Counted from the first letter of the stretch, positions 1-8,740 are shown. The stretch: 20,000 bases of DNA from an uncultured virus (IMG/VR IMGVR_UViG_3300015615_000498) (IMGVR_UViG_3300015615_000498:49691-69690); one strand, 5' to 3'. The notes: generated by a model not told the origin, from the letters alone. Translations and numbers: made by a program.

Positions 1-1891
1 CATCGGTCCCGTCGTCCCAACAATCCGAGGTCGCGAGTCGGATCAACTGAGCCGCCGCTGCATCAGTCGCGTCGGGATTATTGGCTCGATGCGCGATCTG
101 AGCTGCAATCAGCGGAGGGTTCCCCCCGATGTTGCTCTTGAGATAAGTCGCCAGCTTCTTGAGCTCTGTTCGGTACTCATCACGAGTCTTGTCGGTGATG
201 GCGTCGTTCTCGCCCTGCAGCCAGAGCACGCCCCGAGCCCCGTTGATCCGAGCCGTACGGCAGGCGTTTACGCACAGCTTGGCCCTGTTGGCGACGTTGC
301 CCACGAGATCCGCGTCCCAGTGCGAACTCACCAGCCCTGTGCCAGATTCCGCCGTGCTGACGAATCCGACCGGGCAGTCCAGGTGCGCCATGAGGAGCGT
401 TGCCAGAAGCGGCCTGACGGAACCGCCGTTGCTAGTGCCGGACGGGTCAATAAGCTCCCGATGTGCGGAGTCCCGACCGCGACGCCAGTTGCCAGCCTTC
501 CACGTGGCGTGTGAATAGGTCTGATCGTTCGTAAACGCCCCGGCCATGTTGGACTGGCCCGCATCGACGAACATTTCCCCGATGCCGACGTAAGAGATCG
601 CGGCCGTGATGCTCGTGTCATTCGTCTGCCGGACATCAATGGCACACTGCTTGGTGCTCATCGACGGCAGAGTTCCCGACCACTGGCCCGCCGCGATTGT
701 GGCTCCGAGGTTCGTCCACGGTCCTGGCGTTCCGGTGATCACGGGCGTCAGCCGGTACTCAATCCCGGTCGGGCTGCCGGCATAGAGACCGTCAATCGGA
801 ATCGCCGCTTCCAGCGACCCGTCCCGCTGGAAAATCTGATACGAGTTGGGGCTGAGGATGGTCAGGAACTTGGTGAGCGACCCGCCACCCAACTGGTGAG
901 CCCCGATCGACCACGTATCCCCGTTGCTGTCCCGGTCCCGGCCTTTAATGTCGATGTTGACGCCCGCGGGGGTCGTGATCAGGTCTACGCCGGCTTGGAA
1001 TGCCTGTCCCGTGGAGATCAGGGAGTAGTCGCGAGTCGCTGCGTTGGTATACGTGTTCCCCCGAACGATGCTCGTGACTGAACTGCTGCCCGGAGCGGTC
1101 GAGTCGGAAGATGCGTTGTTAGACGCCGTGGTGCTGCCGCCCGCTCCGCTGAAACACGTCTTCGTGCCCAGCGTTCGGGCCGCCGTCAGCGTGACCAGAT
1201 TGTTTTTAACCGTCTTGTTCGCGTGATTGGCCGTGACGATACCGACAACCGTTCCGTCGATTTCGTCGTCGATGTCGTCGATCGTGTTGCCGATGATGTT
1301 TGCGACTGCCGATGCCCCGGTCGGGCCTTCGATGGCCGTCGTGCCGTAGCCGTAGCCACTCTTCCAGTCGTAGATCAGGCAGTTCAAAACATTGATGTTG
1401 GCGAGCGTGCAGGTGATCGCTTTGCAGGCCCCGTACTGTGGCTGGCCGTTCCCGTGGATGATTGCCCGGCTGATTTTGTGCGTGACCGCAGCATCGAGGG
1501 CCGCCGTAATGGCGATCGCCTGGTGCACGTCGCCGCCGCTGGCGATGAACTCAAGCGGTTCCACCGTGAGCGGAACAGCGGACAGGCCCCATCCGAGAAT
1601 CGGCCGCACGCTTGCCGTGTCAGGCGATAGCTGCGAGTAGCCCCACCGTGGCCCGCTGCCAGCCGTGCCATTGTGGACGATGCTCGAGTGAGCCCGAATC
1701 GTGAGCGAGGCGTAGTTGTTGGGGTTCGCCGTGATGTTGACGCCACCGACATAGACGGTGTTGTCGATGAATTCCCAGACGATGTGGTCACCACCAGACG
1801 CACCGGAATAGCCGCTGGCCCATGCGGCTTCGATAGCGTCTACGTTTGCGTAGTCGCCGGCGGCTCCGATGGTTTTGACGATCGTGGGCAC
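1..1891 (-). CDS. Tailspike-like protein: N-terminal putative beta-helix (pectin lyase-like) domain + SGNH/SASA carbohydrate O-acetylesterase domain (3' end beyond window)
   Basis: Hand-translated; absent from the track because no stop falls in the window. GTG at 1891 opens 630 codons starting MPTIVKTIGAAGDYANVD. It has N/T/I-rich repeats, a beta-helix cap-like segment (DYSLISTGQAFQAG...DIKGRDR...WSIGAHQ), then YQIFQRDG, VGIGEMFVDAGQSNM (GQSN at ~548-559) and GVLWLQGEND (~203-217), the SASA/CE6 signature blocks. Confidence 0.85.
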   Translation of the reverse strand, partial: MPTIVKTIGAAGDYANVDAIEAAWASGYSGASGGDHIVWEFIDNTVYVGGVNITANPNNYASLTIRAHSSIVHNGTAGSGPRWGYSQLSPDTASVRPILGWGLSAVPLTVEPLEFIASGGDVHQAIAITAALDAAVTHKISRAIIHGNGQPQYGACKAITCTLANINVLNCLIYDWKSGYGYGTTAIEGPTGASAVANIIGNTIDDIDDEIDGTVVGIVTANHANKTVKNNLVTLTAARTLGTKTCFSGAGGSTTASNNASSDSTAPGSSSVTSIVRGNTYTNAATRDYSLISTGQAFQAGVDLITTPAGVNIDIKGRDRDSNGDTWSIGAHQLGGGSLTKFLTILSPNSYQIFQRDGSLEAAIPIDGLYAGSPTGIEYRLTPVITGTPGPWTNLGATIAAGQWSGTLPSMSTKQCAIDVRQTNDTSITAAISYVGIGEMFVDAGQSNMAGAFTNDQTYSHATWKAGNWRRGRDSAHRELIDPSGTSNGGSVRPLLATLLMAHLDCPVGFVSTAESGTGLVSSHWDADLVGNVANRAKLCVNACRTARINGARGVLWLQGENDAITDKTRDEYRTELKKLATYLKSNIGGNPPLIAAQIAHRANNPDATDAAAAQLIRLATSDCWDDGTD

Positions 1892-1938
1892 GTTCTATGT
1901 CGCGTGGTCAGCCGCATCCGCAGTTCTTTGAGTGGTCC

Positions 1939-2370
1939 TTACCGCCCTCTCTCCGCCACAAAAGTCCGTCCGCGAATGCTCACTGCCCCCTCGCTCCTGG
2001 GGCACTTCGGATGCGGGAAACGGCAGTGAAACTTCCACGCGAGAATCAGCGCGGCGATCGCGATCAGGAACCACAGGATGCCAGCGACCGAACTCCAATT
2101 GGACGTAACGATGGCGGCCGCGGCTGGATAATCCACCCGGGCGGGGACCGTCGCTCCCGGCTGGGCATCGGAGATCTCCGCGTTCTTGGCCATGCTGCTG
2201 AACGCCGACACACGATCGACGAACCCTACGGCCGTCAAACAGGCCCCTGCGAGGATTGTGAACAGGCCGATCTTGGCGATGATCCGCAGCTTCACGACGG
2301 ACATGAAGGCGTAGATCAGAAGCCCGGCACCGATACACAGGACAGCGTTGGCGTGTGCAATGGCGTTCAT
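1939..2370 (-). CDS. Membrane protein, ~3 TM segments (143 aa), possible lysis accessory
   Basis: ATG at 2370 overlaps the TGA of the upstream gene (ATGA). Hydrophobic runs AVLCIGAGLLIYAFMSVV, IGLFTILAGACLTAVGFV and VAGILWFLIAIAALILAW. The track's longer 2631 start is unlikely. Confidence 0.7.
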   Translation of the reverse strand: MNAIAHANAVLCIGAGLLIYAFMSVVKLRIIAKIGLFTILAGACLTAVGFVDRVSAFSSMAKNAEISDAQPGATVPARVDYPAAAAIVTSNWSSVAGILWFLIAIAALILAWKFHCRFPHPKCPRSEGAVSIRGRTFVAERGR

Positions 2371-2795
2371 GGCTTTTCCTTTCCATCCGGCTTTGCAACA
2401 TCTCCCGATGCCGCTCGGTCGGCCCGCGTTTCGTCCCCGCTGTTCTTTCCCGCAAGTTTCAATGCGATGCTTCCGATGTTCACGATGAGGTCGCGAATCA
2501 CCGCCCATGGTGATCGCTCCATCTGCGAGTGAGCCCACCGCATCAAGATGTGAAGGGCCATCCAGCCGAACATTCCGCAGCAACCGGCGCACGCGAAGTC
2601 GGCCGTCGCCGTCGGAAGGTGCGGCCACCATCGCCGCGGATAGAAGCAGAAAATCGGCGAGAACATGGCAGCGAAGCCCGCGGAAACGAACAGCCGCGAG
2701 GCCGCCTTCCGCAGATTCTCAGGCGTGATGAAAATCAGCGCCATTCCGCCTCCCAGGAGCCCTCCGATCAGGTGCAGCGTCAGGCCAGGTGGCAC
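2367..2795 (-). CDS. Putative holin (class I-like, ~3 TM, charged C-terminal tail), 142 aa
   Basis: Three hydrophobic segments (LIGGLLGGGMALIFI; LFVSAGFAAMFSPIF; FACAGCCGMFGWMALHIL) and a charged tail (DETRADR...KPDGKEKP). First gene after an intergenic promoter candidate. Holin function is inferred; no endolysin is seen in the window. Confidence 0.55.
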   Translation of the reverse strand: MPPGLTLHLIGGLLGGGMALIFITPENLRKAASRLFVSAGFAAMFSPIFCFYPRRWWPHLPTATADFACAGCCGMFGWMALHILMRWAHSQMERSPWAVIRDLIVNIGSIALKLAGKNSGDETRADRAASGDVAKPDGKEKP

Positions 2796-2843
2796 GTTGT
2801 GACCCTCGATCCATCGTCCTGACCCCGAGCGCCTAAAATCCTA

Positions 2844-2861
2844 AGTCCACTCCCAGTGGAC
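2844..2861. promoter_or_regulatory. Palindromic operator-like site, copy 1 (A-GTCCACT-ccc-AGTGGAC)
   Basis: Perfect 7-bp inverted repeat with a 3-nt spacer in the 2796-2918 intergenic gap; 16/18 identical to the site at 7720-7737. Confidence 0.7.
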
Positions 2862-2888
2862 ATTATTCGTTGACCTTTGAAACCGCAA
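2860..2888 (-). promoter_or_regulatory. Candidate sigma70 promoter for the holin-like/tailspike genes
   Basis: Minus strand TTGCGG (2888-2883), 17-nt spacer, TAATGT (2865-2860). The predicted start site falls inside palindrome copy 1. Confidence 0.45.
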
Positions 2889-2918
2889 TGTTTATGCCGC
2901 TCGGAAGCCGTGCACCGC

Positions 2919-5900
2919 TCAGGGTTTGAGCGTCTTCCGCCGGCCGCGGGACTCCCGACGCAAATCACTCAGAAGTTGCATCAGGGCCAGTTGTTCCGGC
3001 GTCGCCTGCTGGTTCGGATCCAGGTAAACGCCCTCGAAGGTCTTCGCCCCGTCTTCGCGGAGCGTGGCTTCGATCGCGTCTTTGAGCACGGATTTCTGGG
3101 CCGCCGGGGAAACGTCGGAGATCCGCAGACCCGTGAGGATGTTGTTTGCCCGGACGCCGAGGCCCTTTCGTCGGTCGGTGAGTGTTCGGACCGTCTGCAG
3201 GAGCCGGCTTCCTGGGTTGTTGGCCGCGAGATACTCCAGCCCGCGTGGCAGTCGGTACGGCGGCTCAGGCTCACCCGTGAACATGCTCTTGACGTTCGAC
3301 CCGATTCGGCCGAGCACGGGATCGAGCTCGCCCAGGTCGCGGCCGCCGCCGGGCGCCGCCTGGAACAGCGATTCGCCGGTCGCCCATTCAACCGGGGCCT
3401 TAAACAGCGGGTTGAGCTGGCCACCCAGCTCGCGGAGTGGATCCTGAAGGTTCCCGCGGAGCAAGCTGGCGAACTGCAGCGGTTGCTCTTCCATCAGCCC
3501 CAGGCCCGTGAAGTACCGCTTGTCGCCGCTGGCTGTCTGCCCGAGCGGAATGGCCACCGTGTTGGCAACGTGATCGGGCGTCGTGGCGGAGTCGTCGCGC
3601 GCGTCGTTCGCCGCCCGGATCCCCTGGGCGGTGGCGCCTCCGGGGTGTTCGGTCAACTCGCGGAGCATGTACGGCAGTTGTCGGCTCGTGAATTTGTAGA
3701 ACGGCATCGCCGTCGTGCCGTATTGCCGTTCCGCCGCGGAGAACGCCTTGCCGCTGTAATCCACGTGAGCGTCCATCACGCGCCGGCCCGCCTCCGCTGG
3801 ATCAATCCCCTTCTTGAGCTGGTGCAGGAACGGGGCGATGCGGTTCAGACCTTCGACGTATTCGCCGAGCTTCTCGCCGCCGGCCACGGGGGCAAACGTC
3901 GAAATCTCGTTGTCGCCCACACCGCGAATGTTGAGCGGGTTCTTGCTGCCCTTCCGGAACGTCCAGCCTTCCGCGAAGTCCTTCATAGGCGTCATGGGAA
4001 CCTGCCCGGGGATCGCGTTCAGCGACGCGTCGGCGTCCTGCAGGTAGCCGCCCTGGAAGTCGGTGATCCCCTGCCCCGCCCAACGTCCCGACATGCGGTG
4101 CGAGTAGGCCAGTTCGCCGACGATCTTCGTGGCGGCTTCATCGGTCAGCGGCAGTCCGCGCTCGGTGAGCATCGCCTTGACGATCGGGATCTCGGCCGCC
4201 CGCTTGATCGTCTCACCTTTCAGCAGCCGGTGAGCGTCGAAGATTGAGCGACGATCGACCATCCCGGCGGCGTAGTTCCGCACCATGCCCGACGCGAGGT
4301 TGCGCGTGTGGAAGCCCGGCCAGACGCCCGTGACGCCGGCCTTGAACATATTCGTGATGCTCTGGACGGTCTTCGCGACCTTGCCGACCGACTCCGGGGA
4401 CTTGAAGACGTCCATCGTGCGAACGATGTCTTCGGCCAACTCGCGAGGGACCATGCTCCGGCCGAGCCTCAGCAGATCCTTCCGGCTGGGGTTGGCGATG
4501 CCCATTCGCTCAGCGAGGGCGGTGAGGCCGTTCGCCCCGCGCGTCGTAGCGGTTTCAAAGCCCGCCCCGCGCAGCACGTCGACCATCCGGACGCCGGCGC
4601 CCGTCGTCGTCGAGCGGGCCTTGGCCATGGAAACGCGGTCAGCCAGCGTATCGAGGATCGCGCGGCCGGTTTGGGCCACGTCGTACCCGCGGCCGATTCG
4701 CTTTTGAAACGCGGTGAAGGGGTCGGTGAACAGGCCCTGCTTCAGGTCTTCGATCGGCTGTTCCAGGAGCCAGTTGCTCATTCGTTTGAGCCGGCCGTTG
4801 AACTGCGTCGCGACGCCGCGCTTCGTCACTTTGTAGGTATCGGGGATGACGTTGGCGTACGTCTGGGCGAACCAGTCGCCGAACGCTTTGCGCGCGGCCC
4901 TGGGGGTCATGGGGCCCATGTTCGCAATGAACGCAGCCGAGTCTCGGGCAACCTGCCGCAGAGAGCCCGTCCCGCCTGGAATATCCCTCAGAATGTCAGC
5001 CCGCCGGTTGGCGGCCGAATCTGAGACTCCGAATGCTTTCGCCTCGCGGTTTGCAGCCTCCGTGGATGATCCAGGGCGGGCGATCTTCCGCCGCGAGAAG
5101 TACTCCGCATAATCGTCCTGCAGGGGACCGGTCTTGAGCCCGACTTCCTGGGCCTGCTGCAGAACGCTCTGCATGTGCTGCTGCATCCGGCCGACGGCGG
5201 GGGCGATCTCGTTGGGGACCTGCCCCAGCCCCTCGAGCGCGTGATAGGCGGCGTCGTGAGCCTCGTCGATCGATCCGTAATTTCCGAAGAAGCCGGCGTC
5301 CTTAATCTCCTGCAGCGTTCGAGCCGTTTCGCCGGCGGCCAGGTGCTCAACCTCGTCGGCTCCCTTGCTGGCCTTCTCCGCGAGCCGCTGGCCGACGATC
5401 GATCCGGTGCCTCTCCGGGATCCGCCGAACAGCGAATACATCGACCTCACGGGGGCACTCTCCCGGATCTTGGCCCCGACACGATCGAGCTTCTCAGCGA
5501 CCGGCATCAGCCGATCGCCGCCCAGCACGCCGACCGGATTCCGGGCGAGCGGCGGGTGATACCCGGCCAGGCCGCCGAGTTTCTCGCCCGCGATGTCCCG
5601 AACCTTCAGACCCTTCGCATGTGCGGCTTGCGCAACCGCATCGAACGATTCCGGCGCGTGGCCAATCAGGTCGCCCAGCGTCGTCGTCATGCGGGCGGCG
5701 CGCGGTCCCACCGCTCTACCCGCCAGCTTCGAAGCGGCTTCCGTTGCCCGGCCGAGGATGCCGGCGTTCTTGGCAACCTGTCCGGCCTTTCCGAGCGCTG
5801 AAAGACCGAACGTGGCATACGTCAGTGGGTCGAGGGCCACCTCGGTCGCGAATCCGGCCGCATCCTGCAGAAACTCGAGCGGATCGGAGAAGTCGAGCCC

Positions 5901-6221
5901 CGTCTCTTTGTTCTTGCTGGCGAGGCCCCAGGAATGCAGCAGATCCCGGCCGGACGTGCGCTTGTGTTCCGAGAACGGGTCCGCCAGTTGGTCGACGGGG
6001 TTGTTTCCGGCCAAGAAGTCACGGATCGCTCCGCCGCCGCCATAGGTGTCGAGCGCAGACCCGACGGCACCGATTCCGGAGAGCGTGTTGCGGCCAAGAG
6101 TCTTCAGGGCCGATTCGGTCGCGGACGGATCGACCACCGACGCCAGCGTGTCCTTACGCCGCTTGCGACGGGGCAAGGCGCTCGAGGCCGGCATGGAAGA
6201 CTTCAGGTACGTCGGCATCAC
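2919..6221 (-). CDS. Large internal virion / DNA ejection-type protein (1100 aa)
   Basis: Long Ala/Gly/Arg-rich helical-looking protein with DPLTY followed by a Gly-rich hydrophobic stretch, plus PGFHTRN and MPFYKF. I recognise these motifs from large podovirus-type ejection proteins. It follows a low-complexity partner gene. Confidence 0.65.
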   Translation of the reverse strand: MMPTYLKSSMPASSALPRRKRRKDTLASVVDPSATESALKTLGRNTLSGIGAVGSALDTYGGGGAIRDFLAGNNPVDQLADPFSEHKRTSGRDLLHSWGLASKNKETGLDFSDPLEFLQDAAGFATEVALDPLTYATFGLSALGKAGQVAKNAGILGRATEAASKLAGRAVGPRAARMTTTLGDLIGHAPESFDAVAQAAHAKGLKVRDIAGEKLGGLAGYHPPLARNPVGVLGGDRLMPVAEKLDRVGAKIRESAPVRSMYSLFGGSRRGTGSIVGQRLAEKASKGADEVEHLAAGETARTLQEIKDAGFFGNYGSIDEAHDAAYHALEGLGQVPNEIAPAVGRMQQHMQSVLQQAQEVGLKTGPLQDDYAEYFSRRKIARPGSSTEAANREAKAFGVSDSAANRRADILRDIPGGTGSLRQVARDSAAFIANMGPMTPRAARKAFGDWFAQTYANVIPDTYKVTKRGVATQFNGRLKRMSNWLLEQPIEDLKQGLFTDPFTAFQKRIGRGYDVAQTGRAILDTLADRVSMAKARSTTTGAGVRMVDVLRGAGFETATTRGANGLTALAERMGIANPSRKDLLRLGRSMVPRELAEDIVRTMDVFKSPESVGKVAKTVQSITNMFKAGVTGVWPGFHTRNLASGMVRNYAAGMVDRRSIFDAHRLLKGETIKRAAEIPIVKAMLTERGLPLTDEAATKIVGELAYSHRMSGRWAGQGITDFQGGYLQDADASLNAIPGQVPMTPMKDFAEGWTFRKGSKNPLNIRGVGDNEISTFAPVAGGEKLGEYVEGLNRIAPFLHQLKKGIDPAEAGRRVMDAHVDYSGKAFSAAERQYGTTAMPFYKFTSRQLPYMLRELTEHPGGATAQGIRAANDARDDSATTPDHVANTVAIPLGQTASGDKRYFTGLGLMEEQPLQFASLLRGNLQDPLRELGGQLNPLFKAPVEWATGESLFQAAPGGGRDLGELDPVLGRIGSNVKSMFTGEPEPPYRLPRGLEYLAANNPGSRLLQTVRTLTDRRKGLGVRANNILTGLRISDVSPAAQKSVLKDAIEATLREDGAKTFEGVYLDPNQQATPEQLALMQLLSDLRRESRGRRKTLKP

Positions 6222-6238
6222 TCACCCGCGGTGGCGTA

Positions 6239-7699
6239 TCAGAATGCCATCCCATGATCCCAGTTCATGGCTGAAGGCCCTGCTGGCGCCGGCTCAGACA
6301 TACCGAGCATCTTGCGCGCTCGCTTCCAGCGGCGAATGCTGGTCACGTCGTCGCCGGGGCCCTGATTGGCGATCTGCTCGATGTCTCCCATCGTCAGTCC
6401 GCTGCGGCCGAGTAAATCCCAGGCCCGCTCGTCAGACAGGTTTCCGACACGATCGAGGTTCTGCAGCGCGAGCGAGAGACGATCCTCTGGCGGCGCGTCC
6501 GTCGCGACCGGCGCGAGTTCTGGGCCTTGGGAGTAGCTCTGCGCGGGGCCCGATCCCGGGCTGGCAGGAGTCTGCAGAAATGCCATCGCGCGACGATCTG
6601 CGCGTCGTTGATCTCGGAAGGTCTGCCGTCGCTCTTCTCCAGCCTGGCTCCTTGCGATTTGAGCGGCACGATTCGCCTTGTACTCAGGCGTGGCCATTTG
6701 GATTTGTTGCCGATTGGCAGCGCCCGCCTTGGCCCGCATCTGAAGACTTCGGGCAGTTTGCTCGGCCATGGACATTCCAGGCGGGATGAAACCCGGTCCC
6801 TGAACACTGCTGATGTGATCCGGGCCCGGGAAGGAGTTCTTGATGGCCTGCTCTCGCTCCAGCGACTGCTGCGCGAGTTGACGCAGACCGCTTTCACGCC
6901 CGCTGAAATTGCTGGTCATCCGCGAATCTTGGCCGCGAGCCAATCGCAATGCCTCTGCACCGAGCGCGCGATCACGAGTGGTCGGCTGCGAACTGATCGG
7001 AATGCCGTAATCCTGATACCCGCCGGTGCCGCTGGGCGTGCCGTAACGGTTGCCTGCGGTTGCGACGTACTTCTCGACCATCGGATCAGTCATCCGGCCG
7101 GACGGGTGCGGATAGCCCACCGGGGGCGAATATTGCGAAGGGGCAACGTACGGGGCCGGAGTGGGCCGCGCGGGCATGGGTTCCTGTGCCTGACCCGGGC
7201 CCTGTCCTTCGTTCAGGTAGTACGAAGGCGGCATGATCGGCCCCCGCGGTTGCTGCGGAACCATGTTCTGGTACGGCGGCGCCTGCGGAGCCCGAGGCGT
7301 CGGCGGCGACGTCACCGGCTGGCTGTAGTCGTTCGTGTACGGGACGGACATCAGGCCCGCCATGCCCTGCATTCGGCGCTGGCGAACAGCCTGGGCCGCA
7401 GCGCCCCAGCCCGCGGAGTCGTCGACGCCTGCACCGACCGGATGGCCGCCAACCTGGTTTCCACCCGTCCAGTATTTGTGAACCGCCTGAACGGGAGGCG
7501 GAGACGGCATTCCGCTAATCTGCGGGGCAACCGGAAGCTGTTGCCCAACTCGCATACGCAGTGACCCTCGCGGCGGAGAGCCCGTCTGGATCATCCCACC
7601 GCCTGCCATCGCAGACCGCACCGAGTTCTGCGGAGCCATCACCCGAGGGGTCAGCATCCGTGGCCGCCGCGGGTCGTACTGCATGTTCATGTTCGCCAT
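6239..7699 (-). CDS. Pro/Gln/Gly/Met-rich, largely disordered protein, probable internal virion/ejection protein (486 aa)
   Basis: Long ORF. ATG at 7699 has GGAG upstream, whereas the track's GTG at 7726 lies inside the palindrome. Low-complexity composition; sits directly upstream of the 1100-aa gene. Confidence 0.6.
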   Translation of the reverse strand: MANMNMQYDPRRPRMLTPRVMAPQNSVRSAMAGGGMIQTGSPPRGSLRMRVGQQLPVAPQISGMPSPPPVQAVHKYWTGGNQVGGHPVGAGVDDSAGWGAAAQAVRQRRMQGMAGLMSVPYTNDYSQPVTSPPTPRAPQAPPYQNMVPQQPRGPIMPPSYYLNEGQGPGQAQEPMPARPTPAPYVAPSQYSPPVGYPHPSGRMTDPMVEKYVATAGNRYGTPSGTGGYQDYGIPISSQPTTRDRALGAEALRLARGQDSRMTSNFSGRESGLRQLAQQSLEREQAIKNSFPGPDHISSVQGPGFIPPGMSMAEQTARSLQMRAKAGAANRQQIQMATPEYKANRAAQIARSQAGEERRQTFRDQRRADRRAMAFLQTPASPGSGPAQSYSQGPELAPVATDAPPEDRLSLALQNLDRVGNLSDERAWDLLGRSGLTMGDIEQIANQGPGDDVTSIRRWKRARKMLGMSEPAPAGPSAMNWDHGMAF

Positions 7700-7719
7700 G
7701 GCACCGCTCCGGAAGAGTG

Positions 7720-7738
7720 AGTCCACTCTGAGTGGACT
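7720..7738. promoter_or_regulatory. Palindromic operator-like site, copy 2 (AGTCCACT-ctg-AGTGGACT)
   Basis: Perfect 8-bp inverted repeat with a 3-nt spacer, about 20 nt upstream of ATG 7699. It abuts a minus-strand TAGGAT (7744-7739); TTGACA at 7756-7751 lies within a second palindrome, GGCTTG-t-CAAGCC. Confidence 0.7.
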
Positions 7739-7789
7739 ATCCTAGCGGCTTGTCAAGCCCCGTTGCCACCGCAGGTTTCTCGATTCTTC

Positions 7790-7818
7790 TTGTCGCATGC
7801 CGGTCCCCTGAGTAGGCT
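7790..7818 (+). promoter_or_regulatory. Candidate sigma70 promoter for the antisense small membrane gene
   Basis: TTGTCG (7790-7795), 17-nt spacer, TAGGCT (7813-7818), followed by SD-like GAGGG and GTG at 7846. Confidence 0.55.
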
Positions 7819-7845
7819 TTCGGCGTTCATCCAAGAGGGCTGCAC

Positions 7846-7989
7846 GTGGAAACGCTCGCCTACGTCTTCGGAATCGTCTGGGCACTGCTGGGACTGGTGG
7901 CCGCATTCATGGCCGGAAAGCCAGGACTCTGGCGCATCACCATCTTCTTGGGCCCTGTCTCATTCTTTCTGTTTCCGCCCGCAGAGTGA
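7846..7989 (+). CDS. Small 2-TM membrane protein (47 aa), moron / superinfection-exclusion-like candidate
   Basis: Below the track's length cutoff. Translation: METLAYVFGIVWALLGLVAAFMAGKPGLWRITIFLGPVSFFLFPPAE. Has its own SD and promoter candidate, and a hairpin membrane topology with a W..T.FLGP motif. Confidence 0.6.
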   Translation: METLAYVFGIVWALLGLVAAFMAGKPGLWRITIFLGPVSFFLFPPAE

Positions 7990-8093
7990 TCCGGGAGTTC
8001 GATGACCCCCAGCAGGTGGAGCACGGCGCCGACGACTCCCGCGATCAAGAGCGCGAACGTCAGAAACACGGCGAACTGAATTCTTGGGCGCAT
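7860..8093 (-). CDS. Small single-TM protein (77 aa)
   Basis: ATG at 8093 overlaps the upstream TAA (TAATG). N-terminal TM/signal-like segment MRPRIQFAVFLTFALLIAGVVGAVLHLLGVI. The C-terminal half lies antisense to 7846-7989. Confidence 0.5.
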   Translation of the reverse strand: MRPRIQFAVFLTFALLIAGVVGAVLHLLGVIELPDHSAGGNRKNETGPKKMVMRQSPGFPAMNAATSPSSAQTIPKT

Positions 8094-8740
8094 TATGATG
8101 GCTTGTGGTTCTCGATCCACTGCTGGATCGCTGCGATTTTGGATTGACCAGCCGGGATTGTCCGGTTGGCGAAGTGTATCAGTCGCTCCCTGCCTCGCAG
8201 TTCCCCGTATGGGGCGGCGATCTCCGCGTCCTCATCGCCCCACCAGTGCTGGCGGAAGCACACGTTGTCGTTGACGTGCGGTTTGCCGTGCTCGGTTTCC
8301 GGATCGGCGTGCTGCTGGAGCATGTCGATGATCCGCTCGGCATCCTCGCAGTCGTAGACATACACCGTGCTGGGGTTCCGCCCGGGGTGCATGACCGTCG
8401 AGCGGTAATACAACCTGGCCACGTCTGCCGGCGTCAGGCTCATGTTGATGACGTCGTAGTCGAGCATCACCGCTGGCCCCCGATGTTTGGCCATCTCCTC
8501 TGCCAAGGCCAGCCACCGGAAATAGCAGGCCATCGTGTAGGACCATGGGCAGACGGTAGGCCGCTTGGCGAACGCCTCAAACAGCTTCGGCGCCACAGGG
8601 TGACTGAAGGCGTGCTCCAGTCCGAGGATGTAGATGGTCCACCCATTCCGCTCCCACGACTGCCGGCACAAATCCCAAACGGCCATCTCGTCGTGGAACT
8701 GGAAATCGCGGCACGGCTGGTAGTAGCAGTAGGCGATCAC
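8093..8740 (-). CDS. GT-A fold glycosyltransferase (DXD-containing, GT32-like), 215 aa
   Basis: GTG at 8740 with GGAGGT SD, overlapping the upstream TGA (GTGA). Motifs CRQSWERNGWT, ACYFRWLAL, AVMLDYDV (DXD) and C-terminal LIHF. Confidence 0.7.
   Translation of the reverse strand: MIAYCYYQPCRDFQFHDEMAVWDLCRQSWERNGWTIYILGLEHAFSHPVAPKLFEAFAKRPTVCPWSYTMACYFRWLALAEEMAKHRGPAVMLDYDVINMSLTPADVARLYYRSTVMHPGRNPSTVYVYDCEDAERIIDMLQQHADPETEHGKPHVNDNVCFRQHWWGDEDAEIAAPYGELRGRERLIHFANRTIPAGQSKIAAIQQWIENHKPS

Noticed and set aside
89..2029. Short ORFs listed by the track in the first 2 kb
   Set aside because: Explained by the single minus-strand frame 1891 to 1, which carries SASA motifs.
1895..2455. ORF in frame with the tailspike-like gene and separated from it by one TAG (possible read-through or recoding)
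   Set aside because: Arg-rich shadow-like sequence that overlaps two better genes; other genes translate intact with the standard code.
2877..4247. 456-aa plus-strand ORF and other long plus-strand ORFs (6527-7564, 8105-8911, 15139-16008 etc.)
   Set aside because: Antisense shadows of high-GC minus-strand genes; Arg/Val/Gly-biased with no recognisable motifs.
7728..7756. Perfect TTGACA as the -35 of a canonical promoter for 6239-7699
   Set aside because: No TAnnnT hexamer at 16-18 nt spacing; kept only as context for the palindrome.
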